DNA of 64,000 nt, from the IMG/VR virus record IMGVR_UViG_3300043395_004142. The stretch is one strand, 5' to 3'. Positions within the stretch are counted from its first letter, which is position 1; the number at the start of each line of letters is the position of its first letter. The notes beneath the pieces are model-generated. The model worked only from the letters and a program-made list of their open reading frames with translations, did no database searches and was not told the origin of the DNA. This DNA is from a virus. Made by a program: the position numbers and the translations under genes. Positions 47,322-56,889 of this stretch are shown in pieces.

Positions 47322-47547
47322 TTGAGTTTTCGGGCAATGTAGGGATCCTCGTCGTGGTACCGCATAAACTACCGTTACACTGGGACCAAAGATCTCTCAA
47401 GCCTTGTCTGGTAAGTTACGGATGCCAACCAAATGGCAGGTCTGCCTGAGAAGTACCCTAGGCGTTTAAGGCCGTGCGTATGAATCGTAAGGGTGCGCTA
47501 AAGAACCTCTCGGGCCAAGCTGTCCTTTTGATGTAAAAGACAGGGGG

Positions 47548-48096
47548 ATGGGAACACCTTACCTACCCACACCTTCCAAAGCGCTCCTGGCCGAATTACC
47601 CAAAGCGCTCCTCATCGCTGTTCCAATTAAAGTACGAGAAGCCATATCCATCCGGGCCTTGGGAGAGAGCGCTTGGGAGATCGGACACCCTCGGGATACA
47701 CGACTGCGAACCGTGATCAAGGTCGATGGCACGCAGATCGTAACCGATCCGATAAATCATGTGTGGCCTGATTGGCTCGCCCACCGACTCCTAGCCGTCC
47801 TAGCTCGGCAATACAAGATCACGATCGTCCCGGGTTCAGAAGACGGGCTTAAAAGTGGCCCCCTTCAAATCCCAGATACTGATGATCCCTGGCCTACTTT
47901 CGAGGAATGGCTCCGCATCCGTTACGAGCACGCGATCAGTACATTTGGTGAAGAGATCATCTGGACCACCATGGCAGAATTGCCCGACGACATTCGAGAT
48001 GTATCCCCCACCATCAAGAAAGGCGAAGAATTCTGGAACCGCGTGACGTCTCCCCCGCCCCCACTCGAACTAGGTAGGGTGCGAAGGAAAAAATAA
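47548..48096 (+). CDS. hypothetical protein
   Basis: 182 aa. Confidence 0.5.
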   Translation: MGTPYLPTPSKALLAELPKALLIAVPIKVREAISIRALGESAWEIGHPRDTRLRTVIKVDGTQIVTDPINHVWPDWLAHRLLAVLARQYKITIVPGSEDGLKSGPLQIPDTDDPWPTFEEWLRIRYEHAISTFGEEIIWTTMAELPDDIRDVSPTIKKGEEFWNRVTSPPPPLELGRVRRKK

Positions 48097-48150
48097 CGGG
48101 AGCAAAGACGGCTCCAGCCCGTCATCGGTTCAATAACAAGGCTTGACCCC

Positions 48151-48606
48151 TTAGCGCGGCGTTTCGTCCGTCAAGATATCCTTCAGGAGTTCGCTAGGTA
48201 GATACGGAAGGATCGTCTTTCGTTGCCCCCACGGAAACGGCATCGTCTTCTGAGGGCCCGCTATCTCGGTAACATTAGCCTCAGTCCATCGTATGATCTC
48301 AACGTGCGCAACCTCGACGTCGCGCAAGCGATCATCCAGGTTCTTGATGGCGCGCCGTAGACGTGAAAAGTCCTTGACGATCTGACCTAACAGGGTGGAA
48401 GTTGCCGACCGTCGAGTCTCAAAGAGACTCCGCAGCCGCTCCACTTCGAGCTGCGCTTGTCGCAAGCGCACCAGCAGGAAGATATGGGCAAAGACGACCA
48501 CGATAACCCCAAGAACCCAGGGAACCCAGGGATGACCAAGCAACCAATCCCCTAACCTGTGGATCCGATCCAGCATAAATAAGCACATTGAAAAGTGCTT
48601 CCGCAA
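48151..48606 (-). CDS. membrane-anchored hypothetical protein
   Basis: N-terminal TM segment (WVPWVLGVIVVVFAHIFLLV) followed by a coiled-coil-like segment. Confidence 0.5.
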   Translation of the reverse strand: MRKHFSMCLFMLDRIHRLGDWLLGHPWVPWVLGVIVVVFAHIFLLVRLRQAQLEVERLRSLFETRRSATSTLLGQIVKDFSRLRRAIKNLDDRLRDVEVAHVEIIRWTEANVTEIAGPQKTMPFPWGQRKTILPYLPSELLKDILTDETPR

Positions 48607-48711
48607 ACCTCTTCCCTAGCAAGAGCCCCGGGTCAAAGAGAGCCGTGATATTTAACCCTTCGACGCCAACAGGCGGAGAAGTATAAGCGACCTCCCGGTG
48701 TATTAGACGCC

Positions 48712-49173
48712 ATGGCCGCGACAGTACCCATGACAGTTAGAGTCCCGGAGGCACTTCACGCAAAGCTCTCCGTGGAAGCAACGCGTCAGGGCCTCACAAT
48801 GAACGATCTCGTACGGCGCCTTCTTGAAGAGGGCTGCCAACCCACGGAGCCCAGCGGACCCGACAGCTCAGGTTTCTGCGCCATTCGGGGTGCGGGTCTT
48901 CTGTGGATGGGTTTTTCGCCGAACATCCGTTCGTGGCATCGCTTCCTTCTTTGCCAGCTCGACGGAGATGCGCGACTTGAAGTCGCGATCCCTATGGATG
49001 GTCCCACGGGACGTGACTTCGCGCTCAGGATCGTCCGCAAGCCTCTCATTGAGGCGCACGTCAACGAGAGTTGGTATCTTGCGACCACGGAGGTTGAGAT
49101 TCTCCTTGAACGACTGAAGATTAGAACGTCGGAGAAAATAGAAGAAGGGCTGCATCATGAATCTGCGAGATAG
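48712..49173 (+). CDS. ribbon-helix-helix (CopG/Arc-like) DNA-binding protein
   Basis: The N-terminus MTVRVPEALHAKLSVEATRQGLTMNDLVRRLLEEG is a typical RHH beta-strand plus two helices. Confidence 0.55.
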   Translation: MAATVPMTVRVPEALHAKLSVEATRQGLTMNDLVRRLLEEGCQPTEPSGPDSSGFCAIRGAGLLWMGFSPNIRSWHRFLLCQLDGDARLEVAIPMDGPTGRDFALRIVRKPLIEAHVNESWYLATTEVEILLERLKIRTSEKIEEGLHHESAR

Positions 49174-49384
49174 ACTCGAAGAGTTGGCCGTCAATTTCGG
49201 GGAGCAGTTGATCGCGACCATTCTCACCTGCCCCATCAGCGAGTTAGACGACGGAAGACCTACACCTAGGCTACCCACAGCTCGCAAGAGAGCCGCCAAG
49301 GCACTTCCCCCCAAGAGAGCCGCCAAGGCACTTCCCCCCCAGCGGAACATAAACATGCTCCCACCCCCCTCCAAATTACGCTGA
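49157..49384 (+). CDS. hypothetical protein with KRAAKALPP x2
   Basis: 75 aa. Contains a perfect 27-nt tandem duplication. Confidence 0.4.
   Translation: MNLRDRLEELAVNFGEQLIATILTCPISELDDGRPTPRLPTARKRAAKALPPKRAAKALPPQRNINMLPPPSKLR
49286..49339 (+). repeat. perfect 27-nt tandem duplication x2
   Basis: aagagagccgccaaggcacttcccccc occurs twice with no mismatch. Confidence 0.85.
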
Positions 49385-49437
49385 GAGGTTTACAATCACC
49401 TAAGGGCTCTCCGATCCTACCGGCGTAGGTAAAGAGC

Positions 49438-49647
49438 ATGGTGCCCAAGACATCCGCTCCCACCTATCAGAACATCATCAAGGTGTGCCCTTGTTGCGGC
49501 TTGAAGTTCGATATGACGGGCTGGCGGGCTCTCCAGAGGCTCCCTGATTGGGTTCTCCTCGGGACAACTCTAGAGCTTCGCAACTGCGGTTGTGGGTCCA
49601 CCATCGCGATCAAGCGGGCGAGTCCCCTCCCGCCCAGCTCGTGCTAG
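49438..49647 (+). CDS. zinc-ribbon protein
   Basis: 69 aa with CPCCG...CGCG. Confidence 0.45.
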   Translation: MVPKTSAPTYQNIIKVCPCCGLKFDMTGWRALQRLPDWVLLGTTLELRNCGCGSTIAIKRASPLPPSSC

Positions 49648-49656
49648 ACTTGGTGG

Positions 49657-49878
49657 ATGGCAGCAAAAAAGCAGCGCGAGAAGGTCGAAGCGTGGTCTGA
49701 ACAAGAAGTTCTCGGGTTCATCGAAGATTTACTCGATGACCAGATCAACGAAGCGGGCATCGGCAACCAACTCAAGGGTGGGTACATCGAACCAGGCGGA
49801 GGTGAAGGCGGCTTCATACTCGTCACGCCTCCGAACGGGGCCCGGTTCCGAGTGATCGTCCAGCGCCTAGAAGAGTGA
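49657..49878 (+). CDS. hypothetical acidic protein
   Basis: 73 aa. Confidence 0.45.
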   Translation: MAAKKQREKVEAWSEQEVLGFIEDLLDDQINEAGIGNQLKGGYIEPGGGEGGFILVTPPNGARFRVIVQRLEE

Positions 49879-50109
49879 CGAGCCAGTCAAGCGCTGCTCC
49901 AAGGCCCCCACTGAAAGCGACGGGGCATCCCGAGGTGCACACTCCGTCCCGACACCTAGAAGCGTGGACGAGGGGACGATTTGGAGGCCATCGGCCCGCC
50001 TGGTGGGGTAGGTTCGCCTGGTCACCCGCGTAGCCCACCCTGAGGCCGCGAGCGTGCCCAAGACCAGACCGGGGCTTCCCGTCGCCTTCGAGAAGAACTC
50101 CGAGGGGTC

Positions 50110-50139
50110 CATTTTCACGCGACTTACCGGGCAAAGTCC
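50110..50139 (+). promoter_or_regulatory. conserved motif copy (cattttca...gacttaccgggcaaagtcc) upstream of pyrB
   Basis: The core ttaccgggcaaag is identical to the copy at 62031. The 5' block cattttca matches cactttca there. It lies 39 nt upstream of the pyrB ATG. Confidence 0.45.
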
Positions 50140-50162
50140 ACCGCGGTGTAGAGGGGCCTGCG

Positions 50163-51086
50163 ATGGCTATCCTTCGGCACCTCATCTCAATCAACGACCT
50201 GACACCCGATGAAATCAAAAGTCTCTTCTTCCACGCGAACCTACTCCGAGGGTGCGAGCACCTCTGGGACCCCTTACAAAAGAAGCCCCTAGCCGGCAAG
50301 ATCCTCGCCTGCCTCTTCTACGAGCCCTCGACACGAACGAGCAGCTCGTTCATCGCCGCTATGGCACGCCTTGGAGGCACGGTCATCCCCATTACGCAGG
50401 GCGTCCAGTTCTCTTCTGTGTCGAAGGGCGAGACCCTGGAGGATACGATCCGCACCCTCGGACAATACGCCGACGCCATCGTCCTCCGGCACCCCGTAGA
50501 AGGATCCGCGAAGTCCGCTGCTGCGGTCTCCCCTGTTCCCGTGATCAACGCGGGCGACGGAGCCGGAGAGCACCCAACGCAGGCCCTCTTAGACCTCTTC
50601 ACGATGCGTGACGTGAAGCATGACCTCGAAGGAAAGACTATCGCCCTCGTCGGGGACCTCCTCTACGGGCGGACCATTCACTCCCTCGTGCGCCTCCTCC
50701 CACGAGAAGGCGCCAAGCTCATCCTCGTGAGCCCACCCGAACTACAACTCCCCATCGAGCTACGAAGCTTCGTACCTGCGGACACCGTAGAGGTCCATAG
50801 CCTCGGTGACGCCATCGAGCACGCGGACATCGTATACATGACCCGGGTCCAGAAAGAGCGCTTCCCCTCTCTGGAAGCCTACGAGCATGTAAAAGACGCC
50901 TGTGTACTCACGCGCGCCCTTATGCAGAGGGCCAAGCCCGATGCGGCCATCATGCATCCATTACCACGCGTAAATGAGATCGAACGCGAGATCGATGACG
51001 ACCCTCGCGCCGTCTACTTCACACAGGTCAGGAACGGCATGTTCGTTCGTATGGCCATCCTCCAAAGACTCATCCAACAACAATAA
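50163..51086 (+). CDS. pyrB: aspartate carbamoyltransferase catalytic subunit
   Basis: EPSTRTSSSF (STRT motif), GEHPTQALLD (HPTQ) and MHPLPR (HPLP) are present. 307 aa. GAGGGG SD upstream. No pyrI follows. Confidence 0.85.
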   Translation: MAILRHLISINDLTPDEIKSLFFHANLLRGCEHLWDPLQKKPLAGKILACLFYEPSTRTSSSFIAAMARLGGTVIPITQGVQFSSVSKGETLEDTIRTLGQYADAIVLRHPVEGSAKSAAAVSPVPVINAGDGAGEHPTQALLDLFTMRDVKHDLEGKTIALVGDLLYGRTIHSLVRLLPREGAKLILVSPPELQLPIELRSFVPADTVEVHSLGDAIEHADIVYMTRVQKERFPSLEAYEHVKDACVLTRALMQRAKPDAAIMHPLPRVNEIEREIDDDPRAVYFTQVRNGMFVRMAILQRLIQQQ

Positions 51087-51137
51087 GACCCTAGCCCCAC
51101 GGACACCTCACAAATTCCTTGACTGCCAAGTGTTGCA

Positions 51138-51156
51138 TGTTGTACCACGTACAACA
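51138..51156. promoter_or_regulatory. operator-like palindrome tgttgtac-cac-gtacaaca
   Basis: 8-bp perfect inverted repeat with a 3-nt spacer. It lies 7 nt upstream of the XRE regulator ATG, and TTGACT sits 5 nt further upstream. Confidence 0.45.
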
Positions 51157-51162
51157 CTGGAC

Positions 51163-51537
51163 ATGAAAATGAGCGAGAGTGCACGTCGGGCCTTTGGTGA
51201 CCACGTGCGGCAACTACGAGAGGAGCGTCGTCGAATTGATGGCGCCTTCTCTCTGAGGAAGGTTGCGGAGAGGGTTGGTATCGAGCCGGGGTACCTGAGT
51301 CGAATTGAGAGGTGGGACGTAGACCCGCCCGCAGACGAGAAGATCATCGCGCTCGCGAACGTGCTTGGGGCGGACCCTGATGTCCTTCTCGCCATGGCAG
51401 GGCGCATACACCCGGATCTCGTCGAGATCATCGGAAGCAAACCAAGGTTCTTCGCAACACTGCTAAGGCAACTGAGGGATGCGCCGGATGAGCAACGCGA
51501 GGCGATTGCAGCCCTCGTGAGGGACGGTAATTGGTGA
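51163..51537 (+). CDS. XRE-family helix-turn-helix transcriptional regulator
   Basis: SLRKVAERVGIEPGYLSRIERW is a classic HTH_3 (Cro/CI) motif. The ORF track starts at 50974 inside pyrB; ATG 51163 is preferred. Confidence 0.65.
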   Translation: MKMSESARRAFGDHVRQLREERRRIDGAFSLRKVAERVGIEPGYLSRIERWDVDPPADEKIIALANVLGADPDVLLAMAGRIHPDLVEIIGSKPRFFATLLRQLRDAPDEQREAIAALVRDGNW

Positions 51538-51552
51538 GGAGAGAGGCTAATT

Positions 51553-52590
51553 ATGGCAACAGTAGAATTGAAGAACGACACACTCTGGTTCGAGTTCCCG
51601 GAAGTCCACGAAGATGCGAAACTCGGGATTGATCTTCAGCGCACACTGCGCATCCCGGATGACGGGAAGAAGTACAGCCTCCCGCCCGGACTAGGCAGCT
51701 TTCCGATGTGCCGTGTGGACGAGTACAAGGCAAACGCCCCAGCCTCGTGGATCGAACATGGTGGTATCATGATCCCCATGTATCAATCGGAAGCCATGTG
51801 GATTCGCTTCCAGCCAAGTCACACCTATGATCGTGACAGCGCCTATCCTTTCGCGATCAAAATCTCCACGGGCAAGGTGAGTGCAGTCACCGGCGAGACA
51901 TACCAAAAGGGGCTTAAAAAGGGCGACTATCTAGTTGCGCCCCTCCAACCATGGCTCGATGGGTACGTCGTAGAGAAGGGGCTCATCCGCCAGTTCGTGG
52001 CAACCCCCCTAGGGTCCGGCTTCAGCGCAGAGGCACAGATCACCGGGCAGGACATCCACGGCGGCATCCAAGTCGAAGTCATCCCGATGAAGAAGGAGAA
52101 CTTCGAGCGCCGATTCCCAAAGCGCAAACCCGTGCTCTACTCCACATGCGATTCCATCGAATACGAACGCGGTTTTGGTCCGTCTGCTGCGGCAGCGTCA
52201 ATCGATATGAGTCTCGCGCCCGGCGGTATGATGAAGCAGGAGATCTACGAAGACCCGTACGGACTCGAAGAGTGGGCCCGAGGGTACACAGCCCGGTGCT
52301 TCATCCACATTGCCAACTCTCTCGTCTGGAGTGCCATTACGGGCAAGCAGCCCCCGACGACGCCCCCGACGGCCAAGCAGTACACGAACGCGGGGCTCCC
52401 GTGGTTCGAATACTACAACGATGCGCTCAAGCACGTGAACGCGACCGACAAGCTCAAGGGCCTGAAGGGCGTTGCTGAAATGGGCAAAGAGAAGAAGATG
52501 CCCATGCTCCCGGAGAATGAGCCCGTCTCAGGTGAAAAGGTCGTCGTCCTCAAGGGCAAACCCAACGAAGTACGCCAGGGGACTTGGTGA
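51553..52590 (+). CDS. hypothetical protein, tandem paralog A (unknown family)
   Basis: 345 aa. About 50% identical to the next gene along its length: NDTLWFEFP, QRTLRIPDDGK.Y.LPPGLG.FP, QPWLDGYVVEKG.IRQFVA.PLG, GGIQ.EV.PMK.E.FER.F. GAGGAG SD. Confidence 0.6.
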   Translation: MATVELKNDTLWFEFPEVHEDAKLGIDLQRTLRIPDDGKKYSLPPGLGSFPMCRVDEYKANAPASWIEHGGIMIPMYQSEAMWIRFQPSHTYDRDSAYPFAIKISTGKVSAVTGETYQKGLKKGDYLVAPLQPWLDGYVVEKGLIRQFVATPLGSGFSAEAQITGQDIHGGIQVEVIPMKKENFERRFPKRKPVLYSTCDSIEYERGFGPSAAAASIDMSLAPGGMMKQEIYEDPYGLEEWARGYTARCFIHIANSLVWSAITGKQPPTTPPTAKQYTNAGLPWFEYYNDALKHVNATDKLKGLKGVAEMGKEKKMPMLPENEPVSGEKVVVLKGKPNEVRQGTW

Positions 52591-53618
52591 GGGAGCCTGC
52601 CATGACAAAACTCAATAACGATACCCTGGTCTTCGAGTTCCCCGACACACACCCCAACGCGCGCCTGACCATCGAGTTCCAGCGCACGCTACGCATCCCG
52701 GATGACGGGAAGGACTACCTTCTGCCTCCGGGCTTGGGTCGATTCCCCCTCCGCCTCGTGGACGACTTCAAGGATGAAGTGCCCTCGGAGTGGCGCGAAC
52801 ACGGGGGCGCTATGCTCCCTATATTCCAAAGCGAAGCCCTGTGGCTCAACTTCCGATCCGAGAACGTCCCGACTCAGGGGACCTACCCTTTCGCGGTCAA
52901 AGTCGCGGCGGGAAAGATGAGCGCGGTGACCGGAAGGCTATGGCAGTCGGGCCTCCATGAAAAGGACTACCTGATCATCCCGAAGCAACCATGGCTCGAC
53001 GGCTATGTAGTGGAGAAGGGCATCATCCGCCAGTTTGTCGCAGCACCTCTCGGAGCAGGCGTCACGGTCGAAGAACAGCTCACCGGTAAGGCGGAGTTCG
53101 GAGGTATCCAAATCGAGGTCTTTCCAATGAAGCGGGAAGCCTTTGAGAGGCATTTCCCAGTACAAGATCGCACCAATATTTCAAATAGGCGTGGGCTACT
53201 AAAATCCTGCGCTGTTCGTAGCAGATCCACATATGACATGGGACTCGCCGCAGGCGGTCGTATGAAGCAACAGATCTTTGAGGACCCCTATGAACTCGAA
53301 GACTGGGATGTTAGTCACAAGGCCCAGTCGAATCGCTGCTTCGTCCACCTTGCGAACTCTCTCGTCTGGAAAGCCATCACAAAACAGGATCCGCCCACGA
53401 CCCCATGCACATCGAAAGCATACTCCCAGGCGGGCTATCCATGGTTCGATTACTACGTCGAGGGAGCCCACGCCGTGAGCGCAACGTCAGCCCTCGAAGG
53501 TATCAAGAGCATCGGGGAGATAGCTCCTTTCCTCCTCCCTGAGAACGAGTCCGCAGTGCCGAAGGTCGTCAAAAACCTATCCCCCGGAAGTCCCATTCGG
53601 GACGGTAAATGGGCGTGA
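52584..53618 (+). CDS. hypothetical protein, tandem paralog B
   Basis: 344 aa. Its start overlaps paralog A by 7 nt. It has the same conserved blocks as paralog A. Confidence 0.6.
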   Translation: MVREPAMTKLNNDTLVFEFPDTHPNARLTIEFQRTLRIPDDGKDYLLPPGLGRFPLRLVDDFKDEVPSEWREHGGAMLPIFQSEALWLNFRSENVPTQGTYPFAVKVAAGKMSAVTGRLWQSGLHEKDYLIIPKQPWLDGYVVEKGIIRQFVAAPLGAGVTVEEQLTGKAEFGGIQIEVFPMKREAFERHFPVQDRTNISNRRGLLKSCAVRSRSTYDMGLAAGGRMKQQIFEDPYELEDWDVSHKAQSNRCFVHLANSLVWKAITKQDPPTTPCTSKAYSQAGYPWFDYYVEGAHAVSATSALEGIKSIGEIAPFLLPENESAVPKVVKNLSPGSPIRDGKWA

Positions 53619-53626
53619 AAAGGAGA

Positions 53627-53654
53627 AGGACTACGTATAACTACACGTAGTCCT
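53627..53654 (+). terminator. hairpin aggactacgt-N8-acgtagtcct immediately after paralog B
   Basis: 10-bp perfect stem 8 nt after the stop. A TATAAT-like hexamer lies 20 nt downstream. Confidence 0.4.
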
Positions 53655-53752
53655 TCGTAGGGGGATAACCCCTATAATTTGACCATTGAGTGCGTCACAA
53701 CCCATCACACAACCGAGCTACTGCCCCGGTGTAATAGCAACACCGAGGTATC

Positions 53753-54226
53753 ATGAAGGTATGGGAACGTGTATGCGGACTGGTCCTATCGTTCTTTCGG
53801 CAGGACATGGTGGGCCCTGACCTCGGCAGAGACCTCCAGTTAGCGAAAGAGGTTGCGATCCGTGTAGGAACGGAGGAACCCGATGACGGACCTCCCACAT
53901 CAGCATACGCCGTGATCTATCTAGATCAGTTGCCGCTTCTTCAGGTACAGCGAAGTTTCACGGGGGCTGGGTTGACCCCGTTGATGGCGGGTCCTGATGA
54001 GTGGCGCATCGAGGTCCCCCTCCAAGCAAATTACCGTCGCCACTTAGCTCAAGTCTACGCAATCGTCGAAGTTCTGCGAATGAGAGGCTGGGATGCCCAC
54101 GCCGTAGAGGTTCCCCCCGAGCCGCACACACCCCAGGACTCGTACACCCCTCAAAAGCCAGGACCAGGGCTAAACCAAAGAAAAACGAGAACCTTCGGCC
54201 AAAGACGAAGACGACAACATCCCTAA
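53753..54226 (+). CDS. hypothetical protein
   Basis: 157 aa. The C-terminal tail is Arg/Pro-rich. Confidence 0.4.
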   Translation: MKVWERVCGLVLSFFRQDMVGPDLGRDLQLAKEVAIRVGTEEPDDGPPTSAYAVIYLDQLPLLQVQRSFTGAGLTPLMAGPDEWRIEVPLQANYRRHLAQVYAIVEVLRMRGWDAHAVEVPPEPHTPQDSYTPQKPGPGLNQRKTRTFGQRRRRQHP

Positions 54227-54243
54227 GCACGGCAAAACAGCCC

Positions 54244-56658
54244 TTACGTCCCTGTAACGCTCTTCCAGCCGGCTGTGGTCTTGAAGTAGATCTTGTTGTT
54301 TGCAGCATCCACTGCGATGGCTCCTTGAGGGGGCGCAGATGGGAACGAGCTATCACTGACTGCACCTGCGATGGCAGGGAGGACTGGAGCTTCGTTCGTG
54401 CGGTTACCGTGTATGAAGTCATCGGTTGAACTAGAGAGGACGAGCCCGCTCTCCATATTCATACCGATGTTGTCGAACACCATGTTATGAGAACTGAAGG
54501 TAGAGTCGCTTTGAAACATATATTTCAAGTGACCCGTCACGTCGCGCTCCGCAGAGTTCGCGGGATCCCCTGCGATGAAAGGTCGGTTCGCAACAAGGTT
54601 TCGACAGATGACGTTGTATGAGGAGGACTCCTCCTCCCAGTTGCACGATTCTCCATTTACTCCCGCGGCGTTCGTATAAGTAACCGACGTAGTAGTAGGT
54701 ACCGTCAGGATGGTGAAGACACCGTTATTCCCAGGGGATGGAGCCCCTGTAACCTTGATCTTCGCCCCCACGTCTGCGGCAGCTTGATCACCGGATGTAA
54801 GCATCAAGGTAATGGTTGATCCGCTCTTGGCGATCATCGCGGTGCCTGTCTTCGGGGTCTCGAAGTGGATCGCGGATCCAGAAGCGCCTGAGGAGTTATC
54901 CTTGTTGCAGTCAAGGATAGTATTCCCGTCAACCAGACTCCGGTAAGTACGCTTACGAACGCGAATGCCAGAGCGATCACACATCTCGACAATGTTGTTC
55001 TTCACCGTAACGTGAGAAGCACGGCTGATCGAGATCCCAATTCCATTACCGCCGCCCTCACCAGAACCAGTGCCCTTCACGTCCGCGGCACCTGTAGCGA
55101 TATTCTTGATGTGTCGAATGACGTTGCCTTCGACAACGCACCCAGAACCGATGAAAGTAGGTGCGGAGGATGAGGCATGGCCTATCTGGATGCCTCCAGA
55201 GCACCTTTCGATTGAGCAGCCCACGATGCGGCAAGACTTCCCACGCATTAAGATGCCGGCGTTGTCGCAGTTGCTAGCCGTGCACCCCATGATATGAACA
55301 CCCTCACACTCCGCGTGCGTGCTGAACGCAGCCGCGGTCGCGTGACTCACCACGATCCCAGAAACGACCATCCCGCGGACAACCCCGAAGCCGCTCACAG
55401 GAGAAGACGGCGCCGCCCACTGGCCCGTGTCGACCCCGTGCCGGACGCGAGAGATAACTGAGTCGGAGACCACGATGTTCTCGGAGGCGTTGCCCACGAG
55501 GATCCCGTACCCGTACTCCCCCGATGTACCAGAGAAGTCCCATAGGTCATGGATTCGACAATCGCGGACTTGCGTACTGACACTTGACTCAATGACAACC
55601 CCCGGGCCGTCATTGTTGTGGAGATAGACGTTCTCAACGGTCCCGTTGAGAACGCGCCTCATACTGATGAACGGCGGGGCCCCATCCCGCGTTCCGTCCG
55701 TTGCGAGCTGGAACATCTCCAGGTTGCGGATGGTCACGTTCTTTACGAACGCCATCCGATAAGCCCGAGCAAGATCCGTCACGAGATACTCGTCTCGTGC
55801 ACCCGCACCATAGAGTGTCAGAGTAGGACCCGACCAAGCTATCGAGCCGTTGTTCACATCTGTTCCGGTAAGCCCCGAACGAGGGTTATATAATGTGATC
55901 TGTGTGCCAGGCCCATTCACGGACAGAATGAGAAAGGTTCCATTCTGGTTCGAATTGCTGGCCCCAGAGATAGTGATTGTATACCCTACGTCGGTTACAG
56001 AGTTGAATCCGGACACGTTAGAGAGGGTGACCACCTTATTGGAGTAGGCCGTGATACTCGCCCCAGAGCCGTTCCGGTTGATGCCCTTGTTAACGACCTT
56101 GATATACTCACCACGCTTGCGACCCGAGAACGCCGTGTCCTCCCATAGAGCCTCGGAGAGTAGAAACAGGTAGTCGTCGCGTTGGATGGCATCCACGTCC
56201 CCGCTCGGTGACACCTTAATGGTCGTCTGACCATGAAAAGCATCAGCAGTCAGGTTGATCAGAGAACCAGTAGTTGCCCCTATGGCTCCGATGACGTGAT
56301 TGAGAGTGTTCGGGAAGGTAAGACCCGCTACTACCTTGGTCTTCCCCATCCCTGAGCCTTCCAGAGTGATGTTGTCCTTCAAGTTGACCATGTCCGTGTC
56401 GATCACGAACTGGCCTGGAAGGAGAAGCACGGTGCCACCGTGTTTCGAGCTATCAGTGGCAGCAGAGATCGCGTCGTTGATCTCCACCTCGTCCTGAACC
56501 CCATCGCACACGAAATCCGCCTGGCTCCCAGCCGGACCCACGGTCACGACGTTGTTTGGCCGGACCTTGGACGCCCAGATCGAGCCGTTCCAAAAGAGGG
56601 ACGGATTGAGCGGCGGGCCCGGCGGGGAGATATAGGGCATGGGGACGAGTCCTTTCAA
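54244..56658 (-). CDS. right-handed beta-helix (pectate-lyase-fold) tailspike-like protein
   Basis: 804 aa. Repetitive beta-helix rungs rich in G/N/S/T/V and Ile/Val (e.g. NNIVEMCDRSGIRV, GNVIRHIKN, ILMRGKSCRIVGCSIE). The N-terminal ~100 aa differ and may be a virion adaptor. Confidence 0.55.
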   Translation of the reverse strand: MKGLVPMPYISPPGPPLNPSLFWNGSIWASKVRPNNVVTVGPAGSQADFVCDGVQDEVEINDAISAATDSSKHGGTVLLLPGQFVIDTDMVNLKDNITLEGSGMGKTKVVAGLTFPNTLNHVIGAIGATTGSLINLTADAFHGQTTIKVSPSGDVDAIQRDDYLFLLSEALWEDTAFSGRKRGEYIKVVNKGINRNGSGASITAYSNKVVTLSNVSGFNSVTDVGYTITISGASNSNQNGTFLILSVNGPGTQITLYNPRSGLTGTDVNNGSIAWSGPTLTLYGAGARDEYLVTDLARAYRMAFVKNVTIRNLEMFQLATDGTRDGAPPFISMRRVLNGTVENVYLHNNDGPGVVIESSVSTQVRDCRIHDLWDFSGTSGEYGYGILVGNASENIVVSDSVISRVRHGVDTGQWAAPSSPVSGFGVVRGMVVSGIVVSHATAAAFSTHAECEGVHIMGCTASNCDNAGILMRGKSCRIVGCSIERCSGGIQIGHASSSAPTFIGSGCVVEGNVIRHIKNIATGAADVKGTGSGEGGGNGIGISISRASHVTVKNNIVEMCDRSGIRVRKRTYRSLVDGNTILDCNKDNSSGASGSAIHFETPKTGTAMIAKSGSTITLMLTSGDQAAADVGAKIKVTGAPSPGNNGVFTILTVPTTTSVTYTNAAGVNGESCNWEEESSSYNVICRNLVANRPFIAGDPANSAERDVTGHLKYMFQSDSTFSSHNMVFDNIGMNMESGLVLSSSTDDFIHGNRTNEAPVLPAIAGAVSDSSFPSAPPQGAIAVDAANNKIYFKTTAGWKSVTGT

Positions 56659-56889
56659 GGAACACGTCCCGCAAAAAGGCTATCGACCGACACTGACCGA
56701 TGTTAACGCCAGGGGTGATCTTCGGGAGCGGACCCCGTCATTGATCGGGGTCCCACGGCCACCCTCACGGTCAGCTTTATCGACGTCGAACCATTGCATA
56801 CCTGCCTCTACACCGTGACAGGAACTCGATCCCAAAAACATCTCTCTCGGTTGGGATCGTGGGTCGGATTCGTCGTAGGGATCCTCAAG

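Noticed and set aside
48583-48602. Palindrome aagcac-N8-gtgctt
   Set aside because: It lies within the first codons of minus gene 48151..48606 (MRKHFSMCLF) and is most likely coincidental coding sequence.
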